From: an uncultured Gammaproteobacteria bacterium
GTDB taxonomy: Bacteria; Patescibacteriota; Microgenomatia; CAZETR01; Amesbacteraceae
Direction: 5' to 3'
DNA: 64,000 nt
Assembly: GCA_964518565.1 (NCBI GenBank)
Contig: CAZFGX010000001.1
Location: 360,409-424,408, forward strand
The notes beneath the pieces were generated by a model, which was not told where the DNA came from, did not search any database, and saw only the letters and a program-made list of their open reading frames with translations. The translations under genes and the position numbers were made by a program. Shown here piece by piece: positions 19,844 to 28,826 of this stretch; positions within the stretch are counted from its first letter, which is position 1; the number at the start of each line of letters is the position of its first letter.

Positions 19844-20356
19844 ATGCAGATGCAGCTTACTCCCGCTGATATCGATTCTTTGCATATTGGTCAAAAAGTA
19901 ACGTACAAGACTGGAGGTGATCAAAACTGTGTTCATGCTATCGGTGTAGTCGCAGATAAGCCAAAAGGCACCGTAGTCAAAATTCGCTTGCAAAAAATCA
20001 TCTTTCTCGGCAGGCTGGCTCGGGTTCGTAAAGGACAAAAAATTACCGCCTACCGCGATCAGTTGTTTACCTACCTCATTCCTGGCCTCGAAATTGTTAC
20101 GCGTTTTGGTGTGACCAACGACGCATTCAATCCTAGTCTGCCATATCTATTAGAAGTCGAAACTGGCCCCGTTTCCCGTAGGCAGCTAGCTTTTCACTTT
20201 ATGAACGAGTTAGAGACTGACCTTACTGTCGCCAGAGCCAATTCATTGACCGCGATCAACGAGTTTATCGCCCAAGAGGGGTTTCAGTCACATCCTGGTC
20301 TCATCAGCCTCACAATTACCGGCCCTAAAGGCAAAATAGTCAAAAAAACGAAATAA
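19844..20356 (+). CDS. Hypothetical protein
   Basis: GGAGG before ATG 19844; boxA-like GTTCTTTCAAAA at 19819. Confidence 0.7.
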   Translation: MQMQLTPADIDSLHIGQKVTYKTGGDQNCVHAIGVVADKPKGTVVKIRLQKIIFLGRLARVRKGQKITAYRDQLFTYLIPGLEIVTRFGVTNDAFNPSLPYLLEVETGPVSRRQLAFHFMNELETDLTVARANSLTAINEFIAQEGFQSHPGLISLTITGPKGKIVKKTK

Positions 20357-20372
20357 AACTAATGTCTTCTCC

Positions 20373-20411
20373 TGGCGCGGCGGCGGATCAGTCCACCCCG
20401 CGCCATTTTTT
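20373..20411 (+). terminator. Intrinsic terminator
   Basis: TGGCGCGG...CCGCGCCA followed by T6. Confidence 0.85.
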
Positions 20412-20422
20412 ATATCAAATAA

Positions 20423-20542
20423 CCTATAGTATTGATTTTTAGGCTCAAATCGTGTAAAATGCAACTATTAGAAAACGTTTGGCAACACGCCGGATAGACT
20501 TCTAAAAATCTCGTTCTTTGATATTTCTGCAAATAAAAGGAG
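20423..20542 (+). promoter_or_regulatory. Cassette leader: CCTATAGTA, TTGATT-N17-TAAAAT, boxA-like GTTCTTTGATA, stem arm, AAGGAG
   Basis: Read directly; arm 20522-20532 is the reverse complement of 21474-21484. Confidence 0.75.
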
Positions 20543-20547
20543 TTTGT

Positions 20548-21471
20548 ATGAATAGCATTGCCATATTAAAGGCTCGGGTTTCTGTGCTTACAGAACAAAT
20601 AAAACCAGCAGTCCGCGATCACAGGTTCTATCTAATACTACTAGGCACATTCACCCTAGTTTTACTGATTCGACAGTTCACAAACAGTATCCCGTTTAGT
20701 ATGTTCAACTTTTTTTTCATTCGCTGGGAATGGGGAGAGTTTCTAAATATTCCTTGGTTCCTACTTCTAGTAGGACCAATTCGAAACTTGATTGATTGCA
20801 TTCGCACCAGAAACACCAAACGCGAAAATATGCTCATCTTATCGAATTTTGAAAGCAACATTGTAACGTCATTCTTGGCTGGAATTTTCGAAGAAATATC
20901 GTATCGTTGGCTCGGTTTTTACTTCGCGATCTCCACATTCTATCTGAGTGAACTATTTACTGGTACGCGATTGGGGATGTGGATTTATTCACATCTCGTG
21001 GTGTCAATTGGAATAACCCTTGTCTTACTAGGTATTGGGGCGGTATCTTACATAAACGGAATCGAATCTTTTCCAAGTATGGCCGTTGCTGCAGTATGTT
21101 TGGTTCTTTTTGTATTGTGCGCGATCATGGTCGGTCTCGCAGCTTCGAAACAACTCTATACTTCAATCATCATTCCTATCGTCGATTGGGTAACTCAATA
21201 TAAGTTAAGCACTCAATTGCACGAATATGGTTGGATTGTGGGCGCAGCAGTTATTAGTGTAAATGGCAGATTTAGTAGTGGCCATGGATATCAAGGGTTT
21301 TTCGGCTTAGTCAACTCTTGGATCGGTGGAATTCTGTTGTTTTGGTTTATGTTCAATTTTGGCTTACCTGTCGCGATTGGTATACACGTGCTATATGACG
21401 TGGTTATCAATTCTATTGTTGGAGCAGACTCTTTTATTGAAATGAGCACAGCTACATATAAACGTAGCTAA
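20548..21471 (+). CDS. CPBP (CAAX/Abi family) intramembrane glutamic protease-like protein
   Basis: AGIFEEISYR, FSSGH, IGIHVLYD motifs; multiple TM helices. Confidence 0.8.
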   Translation: MNSIAILKARVSVLTEQIKPAVRDHRFYLILLGTFTLVLLIRQFTNSIPFSMFNFFFIRWEWGEFLNIPWFLLLVGPIRNLIDCIRTRNTKRENMLILSNFESNIVTSFLAGIFEEISYRWLGFYFAISTFYLSELFTGTRLGMWIYSHLVVSIGITLVLLGIGAVSYINGIESFPSMAVAAVCLVLFVLCAIMVGLAASKQLYTSIIIPIVDWVTQYKLSTQLHEYGWIVGAAVISVNGRFSSGHGYQGFFGLVNSWIGGILLFWFMFNFGLPVAIGIHVLYDVVINSIVGADSFIEMSTATYKRS

Positions 21472-21490
21472 GGTTGCAGAAATAGTCACC

Positions 21491-21517
21491 GCCCGCTTAC
21501 CAAAGCGGGCTTTTTTT
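21491..21517 (+). terminator. Intrinsic terminator
   Basis: GCCCGCTT-ACCA-AAGCGGGC followed by T7. Confidence 0.9.
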
Positions 21518-21893
21518 ATCCCTGTTGCGAAAGAAATGAATTCAATTCCGACAAAATATTTTGTGGCTTTACCTGGGCTTTTATCAAATACCCTTGAGCA
21601 CCTAGATCAAATGTCTGGCCAATAATATCTTCTTGGCCCAGATTAGTTAGCATAAACACTGGGGTAGCTTTAGAAGGGGAGCCGTCTTTACGAATATCTT
21701 TCAAAATAGAAATCCCGTCTTTTCCTGGCAACATGATATCCAGTAGTACTAGGTCATATGCTTTAGCATTCACTTTTTCCAATCCATCATTTCCGTTCAA
21801 AGCAATATCCACTTCATATCCACCATCCGTCAATATTTTTTTATAAATATCAACGATATAGGCATCATCTTCAATCAGTAAAATCTTTTTCAT
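21516..21893 (-). CDS. Single-domain response regulator
   Basis: LLIEDD, LLDIMLP..DG, MLTN, YLIK. Confidence 0.95.
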   Translation of the reverse strand: MKKILLIEDDAYIVDIYKKILTDGGYEVDIALNGNDGLEKVNAKAYDLVLLDIMLPGKDGISILKDIRKDGSPSKATPVFMLTNLGQEDIIGQTFDLGAQGYLIKAQVKPQNILSELNSFLSQQG

Positions 21894-24220
21894 ACAGAAT
21901 AGATATTAGGATTCAATATAACGCCATGCGGCTTTGATTGCAAATGGCTCCTATCTGCCACTTTTGCCTTTTCTAGCTCCATTGCACTTGGCATGGGTAG
22001 GTCAAAGAAAAAAGTCGACCCTTGACCAACAATACTTTTTACCCCTATTTTTCCCTTGTGCATATCAATTATGGATTTAGAAATAAATAGACCTAGTCCC
22101 GTACCCTTGGATCCCATTTCCAGCGTCCCATGTACTCGATAAAACTTGGTAAACAAGTGAGAAATAGCCTCTTGAGGTATGCCGTGTCCCGTATCACTAA
22201 TTTCTACTCGTAAATATGGCAATTCCTCAAAAATTTGCGTACCCAATTTTATAGTGACCGTGCCTTCAGGTGATGTATAGCGAATCGCATTGGTTAACAA
22301 ATTGGTTACCACTTCCCGAATTCGCATAGGGTCCACAATCAGTTCAGAATGCGCCATATCAAACCCTTCTGTCTGGACATGCAAATGTTTCATTTCAAAC
22401 TGGTCTGCTAGCATTTCTAAGACGTCTCGCAAAATTTGCTTCATATCCACAACTGTGGTTTCCATAGACATTTTGCCATTTTCGATTCGTGATGTATTCA
22501 ATAAATTGTCAATCAGCCCAGACAAATTTTCTGCACTCGATCCTAGCCGTTTTATTATTTCGGAATCCTCACTACTCCATTGTTTTTGTTTCAATATTTC
22601 TGTATACCCACGAATAGCCGTCAACGGAGTACGCAGCTCATGAGCTGCCATAGATACAAAGTCTAGTTTCATTTCTTCGAGTTGGCGTTCTTTGGAGACA
22701 TCATGAATTGTCAAAATACAGCCAATCCCGACGCTTCGTCCCTCACGAATTTGTCCGGATACTACATTTACAAATTTTTCTCCAGTCAACCGAGCAGTTT
22801 TAAGTAAGAGGTTTTTTTGACTCCACAATATGCCCGTTGCCTCCTCCAGATCTACTGGGCTATAAATCGCCGTTGGCACCTCAATATCCTGGTTAAATAG
22901 CTGCATTACACCATCAATAGGCTTGCCCAATACTTCAGCTTGGCTAAATCCTGTAATATCGCTAGCAATAGCATTAAACAGCACGATATTTCGTTTGATA
23001 TCGATCGCAATCACTGCATCCGAAATACCTGAAATCACAGTAGCCAATTTATTTCGTTCAGCTGAAATAATTTCTCGATCGTTTTTTATGCGCGACGCCA
23101 TAGTATTAAAAGAGTGAGCTAGAGTTTCTAGTTCGTCACGAGAGTTTATATTTACTCGGTAGTCAAAATTGCCCATACCCAGTGCATTGGCTGCATTTAC
23201 CAATAAGGCGATTGGATCAGTAAATTTTCGAGTAATAAAGTAGCTCAGCGGTCCACCGAGACATACTCCACCAATCAGTAGCAATACAGCAAAGGTGGAT
23301 ATACGTACCACATCTGCCATAGCCACATCGTATGGCTGTTGAATAATAATTGCCCAGAGCGTTTTTGGAATACTGACGAATGTTCCATATACATCTTGCT
23401 TGTCTTCATTGATATATCGAACAATATTTGCGGTTTCGTGAGTCGAATCCTCTTTTTGCACTGAATTTATATACTGCTGGACAGGTAAAAAGTGACTAAA
23501 GTCAGCCCCATTTACCAGAAAATCTTTATTGCGATGTGCCACCACTTGACCATTACGATCTACGATATATACAAACCCAGATTGATCCGATCCTAGTGTA
23601 GTTAGTTCGCCAAACAAGTTGCTCAGATTTACGGTTACTTCTAAAACACCCAAAATATCTCCCGGACTGCGAATCACTCCTACACCTGCGGTTGTTAAAT
23701 CTGTCAGTCGCTGTCGGTATTCTGGAATAGTGATTGGAATAGCAATAACCACTGTCGGTTTGTCATCTACAAACGACACATCGGAAATAGACTCCTTGCC
23801 ATAGCGAAATGTCGTCGTCAAAAAAGACTGGCTTTTACTTTTATCTTGTAGCAGCTGGGTGGGTATTTCACCTTGTTGAGTAATCGCCAGTTCCTCATGA
23901 CCTGTCATATCTATCACTGAAATTTTTTCTATATCCTGATCTTGAGCCAAGAGTGTAAATAGTTCAGTTCGTTGAAGTGGCTTATTTTGGGACAAAAAAG
24001 CGGCTGATTGCGAATGGATAATCAGTGCTTGAATCTTGGCAGTAATATAGTCTTCTACTTTTTCTGATGCTCGAAATCCGATCTGTTGTTGCGCGTCTTG
24101 AAGTCTGGAGTGGAGGATTGGCTCGACTGTTTTGATCCAAAGTATGTCGATCGCTAGCAAAATAAACCCCATCAGACTGGCTGTGGTTAAGAGTACTTTT
24201 GCTCGCAGGGACAGATGCAT
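21890..24220 (-). CDS. Sensor histidine kinase (TM-Cache-TM-HAMP-PAS-HisKA-HATPase)
   Basis: AAHELRTPL, NLLTNAIRY, DTGHGI, GTGLGL. Confidence 0.95.
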   Translation of the reverse strand: MHLSLRAKVLLTTASLMGFILLAIDILWIKTVEPILHSRLQDAQQQIGFRASEKVEDYITAKIQALIIHSQSAAFLSQNKPLQRTELFTLLAQDQDIEKISVIDMTGHEELAITQQGEIPTQLLQDKSKSQSFLTTTFRYGKESISDVSFVDDKPTVVIAIPITIPEYRQRLTDLTTAGVGVIRSPGDILGVLEVTVNLSNLFGELTTLGSDQSGFVYIVDRNGQVVAHRNKDFLVNGADFSHFLPVQQYINSVQKEDSTHETANIVRYINEDKQDVYGTFVSIPKTLWAIIIQQPYDVAMADVVRISTFAVLLLIGGVCLGGPLSYFITRKFTDPIALLVNAANALGMGNFDYRVNINSRDELETLAHSFNTMASRIKNDREIISAERNKLATVISGISDAVIAIDIKRNIVLFNAIASDITGFSQAEVLGKPIDGVMQLFNQDIEVPTAIYSPVDLEEATGILWSQKNLLLKTARLTGEKFVNVVSGQIREGRSVGIGCILTIHDVSKERQLEEMKLDFVSMAAHELRTPLTAIRGYTEILKQKQWSSEDSEIIKRLGSSAENLSGLIDNLLNTSRIENGKMSMETTVVDMKQILRDVLEMLADQFEMKHLHVQTEGFDMAHSELIVDPMRIREVVTNLLTNAIRYTSPEGTVTIKLGTQIFEELPYLRVEISDTGHGIPQEAISHLFTKFYRVHGTLEMGSKGTGLGLFISKSIIDMHKGKIGVKSIVGQGSTFFFDLPMPSAMELEKAKVADRSHLQSKPHGVILNPNIYSV

Positions 24221-24281
24221 AGATTCCTAGTTGACGAACTGTTTAATAAATGGTTACCATTAAGTATAGAGACTGTCTCGT

Positions 24282-24935
24282 ATGCCAAGCAATAACGGAA
24301 ATAACGAAACAATTCCCCAAGCCCCAAAAACTTCTCATGTTGCAGTATATATTCTGGTTTTCTTGTTAGTTTTCTTTGTCGGTGTATCAGGATATCTGCT
24401 CTACAATACCTATACTTCACCCAAATCTGACACCAAGTCGATGACTAAGGCAGCCAGTACCCCTCAATTGTCTATACCCAAAGATGCAGTAAAAATTTCC
24501 GGCTGTATTTCCCATGAGGGTGAGCATTGGGTTCAACCCCAAAATCTTCCCAATGGACCATTTTACGTTGCCTACAACAACAAAGTATTGGCTTTTGAGT
24601 ACATGCTTTCAGCAGACCAAATTCCAGGCAACGACATTGCCCACATGACTCCAGAGCAGTCGATGAAATACCTCCAAGACAACAAAATGTCTCTCTCAGA
24701 TTTTGTCCACCAACTAGACAAGACCTATGAATTACCCGCTAGCAGTCTCAAAGACTTTAGTATCCACTGGACACCTCCCCATGCCGGCTTTGTCGTTCCA
24801 CATTACGATATCCATTTTTACTTGGTGGACAAGTCAGAACGTGACCAAGTCTGTCCAGCAGCCACCTTTGACCAAATTCTCCCAGCCGACATGGTCCAAG
24901 ATCTGAAGCAACGTGGTATCGCTGTCCCGCAATAA
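24282..24935 (+). CDS. Membrane-anchored His-rich protein (DUF5602/TTHB210-like)
   Basis: N-terminal TM; HEGEHW and PPHAG..VPHYDIHFY motifs; family call from memory. Confidence 0.55.
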   Translation: MPSNNGNNETIPQAPKTSHVAVYILVFLLVFFVGVSGYLLYNTYTSPKSDTKSMTKAASTPQLSIPKDAVKISGCISHEGEHWVQPQNLPNGPFYVAYNNKVLAFEYMLSADQIPGNDIAHMTPEQSMKYLQDNKMSLSDFVHQLDKTYELPASSLKDFSIHWTPPHAGFVVPHYDIHFYLVDKSERDQVCPAATFDQILPADMVQDLKQRGIAVPQ

Positions 24936-24945
24936 CCTTCTGTAT

Positions 24946-25078
24946 CCTATAGTATTGACTTTTTAGCTTCAAAATGGTATTATAAAGGCTATATAAGCCT
25001 ATCAAACAGCCTCAATCTCGTGGCTACTTTGGAGGATTATTTATCTAGTTTAGTACCTTAAAATTGCGGATTTAGGAG
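24946..25078 (+). promoter_or_regulatory. Cassette leader: CCTATAGTA, TTGACT-N17-TATTAT, boxA-like GTACCTTAAAA, stem arm, AGGAG
   Basis: Arm 25060-25072 pairs with 25938-25950. Confidence 0.75.
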
Positions 25079-25085
25079 AAAAAGT

Positions 25086-25358
25086 ATGTTATCCATACTA
25101 GTGACGTTTGTTGTAGGTCTTGCGTTAGCTTGGTTTGGTGAAGGTCGAATCATCGACATTCGTACAAATGAAGCCTACGCCGAAATATCTGATCAACCTC
25201 ACAGCGATTTCCAAAAAAACGAATCAGAACGTTTTGTTACAGTTTTTGCCCTAATTATGGGGCTGGGAATCATTCTGATTGTCATAAGTATTGTTGGCCT
25301 TGTTCTGTTTCTTTTCGCCCAAACTTGGGTGATAGATATAAACATTCATTTTCGATAA
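25086..25358 (+). CDS. Hypothetical 2-TM protein
   Basis: SD and hydropathy. Confidence 0.7.
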   Translation: MLSILVTFVVGLALAWFGEGRIIDIRTNEAYAEISDQPHSDFQKNESERFVTVFALIMGLGIILIVISIVGLVLFLFAQTWVIDINIHFR

Positions 25359-25376
25359 ATAAGGAGAAAAACAGAT

Positions 25377-25622
25377 ATGCAACCTATCCAAAGTTTTATG
25401 CCACTCGTAGGTGTCGTTCTTCTGGTCATTGGCTTTTTTGTTTTTGGTGCGTGCCGTATGTATATACGGGTCGCAAGCCGGTCAATCGTCCAGTTCGCCG
25501 AAAGTCAGGAGGGCACAAAGCCCGGGGCTATGGGACGAGCACTCACCGCGCTACTCCAAGGCGTAAGTATTGCGGCAATCGGTGCCGGAATCATCGCGTT
25601 GGGTCTCGCAGCGATTCAATAA
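25377..25622 (+). CDS. Hypothetical 2-TM protein
   Basis: AAGGAG SD and hydropathy. Confidence 0.7.
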   Translation: MQPIQSFMPLVGVVLLVIGFFVFGACRMYIRVASRSIVQFAESQEGTKPGAMGRALTALLQGVSIAAIGAGIIALGLAAIQ

Positions 25623-25657
25623 CTCAATCATTTTTTCAAATTCATAAGGACAAATGA

Positions 25658-25924
25658 ATGATAAACCAAACAATTAGTTTTGTGCTGCACTATCCCTTTC
25701 ATCTCATTGTTGGTGGAGTGATTGCAGCCGTAGTCTTCGGTGTCATTTCTCTGGTCGTTGCAGCTATCGGCAAAGAAAAGTCTAGTTTCACTGTCGGTGG
25801 CGCATATGTGTTCTATGGCTTGATGTATTTGAGTGGAGGAGTGGTGGCAATCACTATCTTCATAAACATATCGTTTGCAGTCATCGTATTTCTATCGAGC
25901 GTCATTTACGCATTGCAAACATAA
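25658..25924 (+). CDS. Hypothetical 2-TM protein
   Basis: AAGGA SD and hydropathy. Confidence 0.7.
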   Translation: MINQTISFVLHYPFHLIVGGVIAAVVFGVISLVVAAIGKEKSSFTVGGAYVFYGLMYLSGGVVAITIFINISFAVIVFLSSVIYALQT

Positions 25925-25955
25925 CAATCCCGTTTTTAATCCGCAGTTTTCGCTT

Positions 25956-25992
25956 TGGCGCTTGGGGTTTTACCCTAGGCGCCATTTTTTTG
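25956..25992 (+). terminator. Intrinsic terminator
   Basis: TGGCGCTTGGGG...CCCTAGGCGCCA followed by a T run. Confidence 0.88.
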
Positions 25993-26000
25993 CTATATAA

Positions 26001-26136
26001 CCTATAGTTTTGATTTTTTAGCCTCAATAGCGTATAATTGAATCCATATAAACCTATCAAACAGCCTCAAACACTGAAGCTAGGCGATAGAGTTTAGAAC
26101 CTTAAAAATTTGCGGATTTTTAAATTCAAATAGGAG
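26001..26136 (+). promoter_or_regulatory. Cassette leader: TTGATT-N17-TATAAT, boxA-like GAACCTTAAAA, stem arm, AGGAG
   Basis: Homologous to the leader at 24946; arm 26110-26121 is the reverse complement of 27285-27296. Confidence 0.75.
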
Positions 26137-26138
26137 AA

Positions 26139-26903
26139 ATGTATATGATACTCGCAAGTCTTTTGTTCCTTATTTTAGCCACGTTGAATATAGCGATCTA
26201 TCGACAGTACAAAAATGTATTGCCCCAAGCCAGCAAGATTGGACTACTGATCTTGTCGGTAATGTACGCCATCCTTTCTGGTGCTTACATTTTTACGATC
26301 TTTGACACAAATTTTTCAGTCAGCGTTCTAAAACTGTATGGCGTGATACTTATGTCTGTATCCTACATGGAAATAGTTGTTATAAAAGGACTGGAGTCAG
26401 ACTTCCCAGAGAGTAATCCCAAGATTGGTCAAATACCAATTCTTTATCTCTGTTTAGTCTTGCTTGCAGCAGGTTTTGGGTTGTTTGTTATTGGAAGTTT
26501 TGAAACAGAGGACTCTGCCTTTCAAGTAAATATCCTCATGTCGACGCATGTGTTGGCCTTTCTTATCTTATCTAGTTTTTGTCTTTATATCGAAAGAAAA
26601 TATCGACATCTAGTTCACGATAGAGTGGACTGGAGTCTCGTCTCACTGGCCATTTTGTGCAGTCTACTTTCAAGCATATCTTTATGTACAATGTCTCTGT
26701 CAGTGGTTGATATTCTTTGGATTCATATTGGTGGATATTTGATTGCCTTGTTTGCCGCAATTGTGGCAATCATGCAGTTTGTTCTCCTCCAGGTCGAATA
26801 TCCTTCAATCAAATCAGTTGCACAATATATGGTCTTAGGGTGTTCAATCTCTCTTATCATTCTCGGCGCGATTCTCACGAGGGTTGTAATGCCTCAGGGG
26901 TAA
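26139..26903 (+). CDS. Hypothetical polytopic membrane protein
   Basis: About 8 TM helices; SD. Confidence 0.75.
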   Translation: MYMILASLLFLILATLNIAIYRQYKNVLPQASKIGLLILSVMYAILSGAYIFTIFDTNFSVSVLKLYGVILMSVSYMEIVVIKGLESDFPESNPKIGQIPILYLCLVLLAAGFGLFVIGSFETEDSAFQVNILMSTHVLAFLILSSFCLYIERKYRHLVHDRVDWSLVSLAILCSLLSSISLCTMSLSVVDILWIHIGGYLIALFAAIVAIMQFVLLQVEYPSIKSVAQYMVLGCSISLIILGAILTRVVMPQG

Positions 26904-26906
26904 GAA

Positions 26907-27284
26907 ATGATGCTATCGCACGGGTTTGTAATAACAATCTGGAGTTTGGTTTTTATGAATGGAGCCATAAGTCTGGTTAGGCAAAATACAAATAAAGTCC
27001 TACCGTGGGTCTTTTTGGTAGTGACGTTAGTATTGTTATTCTTAGGCACGGCGATTATTGGTGGAAGAATCTTGCCAAACCCGCTCAGGTCTGGGACCGA
27101 ATTAGGATTGGTCAGCGAAGCGTTGTGCGTAATTCTTTGGATAGGTTTGGTGATTTACAAAATCACCAAAAGCCAAAATCTTTTCCTCCGATATATTTGG
27201 CTTGGCATGTTCAGCACCACTTACGTATCTCTAGGGATTGGCGCTTGGCTAATCATGGCTGGTCTAAGTAGTTACTATAAATAG
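26907..27284 (+). CDS. Hypothetical 4-TM protein
   Basis: Hydropathy; directly follows the upstream gene. Confidence 0.7.
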   Translation: MMLSHGFVITIWSLVFMNGAISLVRQNTNKVLPWVFLVVTLVLLFLGTAIIGGRILPNPLRSGTELGLVSEALCVILWIGLVIYKITKSQNLFLRYIWLGMFSTTYVSLGIGAWLIMAGLSSYYK

Positions 27285-27307
27285 AAAAATCCGCAATTTC
27301 TTTTCCC

Positions 27308-27345
27308 GGCGTCTGACAGACAAAATCTGTTAGGCGCCTTTTTTT
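27308..27345 (+). terminator. Intrinsic terminator
   Basis: GGCGTCTGACAGA-CAAAA-TCTGTTAGGCGCC followed by T7. Confidence 0.9.
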
Positions 27346-27469
27346 ATTTTCGCTTGGAAAAATGGTAAAATCTAGCCTCAAACAACCATATACTACAGCT
27401 GTGTATGACTTGTTCTAGTAGTACATTCAAATTGCAGATAAAAATTCGAACAAAAAAAGGAGAATCTGT

Positions 27470-27826
27470 ATGATTCAAGTAATTGAACCAACTCAGGAAA
27501 TACTGAGTAAGTTTATCGGTGGTCAACATGAAGTCCATGACAAAAGAAATACATATGTATACCGTGGTGAAACACAAAACATCACATTGAATGAAGGTAC
27601 GATAAGCATTACTTATGTCTGGCAGGCAAAGCTTGTTGATGGAATCTGGTATGAAGTTAAGCCAGAAACGTATGCAACTGATATCACCATTAGCCTTTTT
27701 GCTGCGCGTCGAGATGGAGTTTTATGTTATCAAACCACTATTATCGGTGAAATCGGCACACTTTTCCCACAAAGTTGGCACGAACCATTGCGCCGGCCAG
27801 TCGTGAGTTTAAAGGAGGAAACATAA
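27470..27826 (+). CDS. Hypothetical beta-rich protein
   Basis: AAGGAG SD; boxA-like GTACATTCAAA at 27421. Confidence 0.75.
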   Translation: MIQVIEPTQEILSKFIGGQHEVHDKRNTYVYRGETQNITLNEGTISITYVWQAKLVDGIWYEVKPETYATDITISLFAARRDGVLCYQTTIIGEIGTLFPQSWHEPLRRPVVSLKEET

Positions 27827-28135
27827 ATGAGTTCAGTTCTCAACGAACTTCAGCCCTATATCGGTAAAGTCTTGGAAATTGAAGATAATCGTAAGTTGTA
27901 TTTAGGCCAAATCCAACAAATCGAAATCATTGCCCACGGTTTCCTCAAAATCACTTTCTCACAACTTATCACTAAAGAAGGCGCTTTTGGTTGGATTGGG
28001 ACTACGGCAAATGCGTATGCCATTTTTGTTGACCGCATCAAGTGGTTTAGAAATGCTGACAAAAAAATTACCGGTTTCCAGTATGACCAACAAACCTGTA
28101 GGTTCCTAGAACCATCTGCAATGCAAATTGTTTAG
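27827..28135 (+). CDS. Hypothetical protein, probable distant paralog of the upstream gene
   Basis: AAGGAGG SD; similar L..(F/Y)IG...E..D.R..Y.G....I pattern. Confidence 0.7.
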   Translation: MSSVLNELQPYIGKVLEIEDNRKLYLGQIQQIEIIAHGFLKITFSQLITKEGAFGWIGTTANAYAIFVDRIKWFRNADKKITGFQYDQQTCRFLEPSAMQIV

Positions 28136-28142
28136 TTTTCAT

Positions 28143-28170
28143 AGCGCCCTTTAATCGGGGCGCTTTTTTT
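28143..28170 (+). terminator. Intrinsic terminator
   Basis: AGCGCCCT...GGGGCGCT followed by a T run. Confidence 0.85.
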
Positions 28171-28192
28171 ATAAAACTGCTAAGATAAATAT

Positions 28193-28795
28193 ATGGCAGT
28201 CGTTACGCCAGTCAAAAATACTTCTAGTGTCTTCGTCCGAGTCATTATTTTTATACTCATATTGGCCGTTATTATTGGCCTAGGTGTCTATCTGTTTCGT
28301 TTATTACGACCTAACAAATCAAACTTCAGCTTCCCCCAAAATACATTTTCTTCCCGAGTCGAGCCTCGCACATATATCGACAAAGATGGTAAAAAAATCA
28401 CCTACTATGTCCTCAACACTCAAAACCAGACCCGTGAAGATTATTATAGTTGTAAATTTGTAGTTGTAGCCAAGGGAACCCTGACTCAATACCAGGGATT
28501 TTTATCAGACTATCAACTCAAAAATTGTAATGCTGCAGGTCGAGAAGTTCGACCCAATTATGAATGTCGCCTAGATAATGGCATTAAAAAATATTTCAAA
28601 TACGAACCTGCTATCACTCTGCGAAAATTTCCTGCCAATTCTAGCCATGAAATCGCCGTGAGTCGATTTTATATTTCCCAGACACTTCTATCCGAAAGCT
28701 TTCTGACTCAAAACCAATTATCCGATATTTTCGAGTATCAAATTTCCTGTAACACGGAGGCTGGCAAAACTGGACTTCACATTCAGACACTGTAA
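28193..28795 (+). CDS. Hypothetical membrane-anchored protein
   Basis: N-terminal TM, 4 Cys; TAAGAT-N6-ATG. Confidence 0.75.
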   Translation: MAVVTPVKNTSSVFVRVIIFILILAVIIGLGVYLFRLLRPNKSNFSFPQNTFSSRVEPRTYIDKDGKKITYYVLNTQNQTREDYYSCKFVVVAKGTLTQYQGFLSDYQLKNCNAAGREVRPNYECRLDNGIKKYFKYEPAITLRKFPANSSHEIAVSRFYISQTLLSESFLTQNQLSDIFEYQISCNTEAGKTGLHIQTL

Positions 28796-28826
28796 AAAAG
28801 TCCCCCAATACAGTACAATATCCTCT

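Noticed and set aside
19819-20372. Closing stem for the 19844 cassette
   Set aside because: A boxA-like motif, SD and terminator are present, but I found only about 5 bp of leader/trailer complementarity; not counted as a stem.
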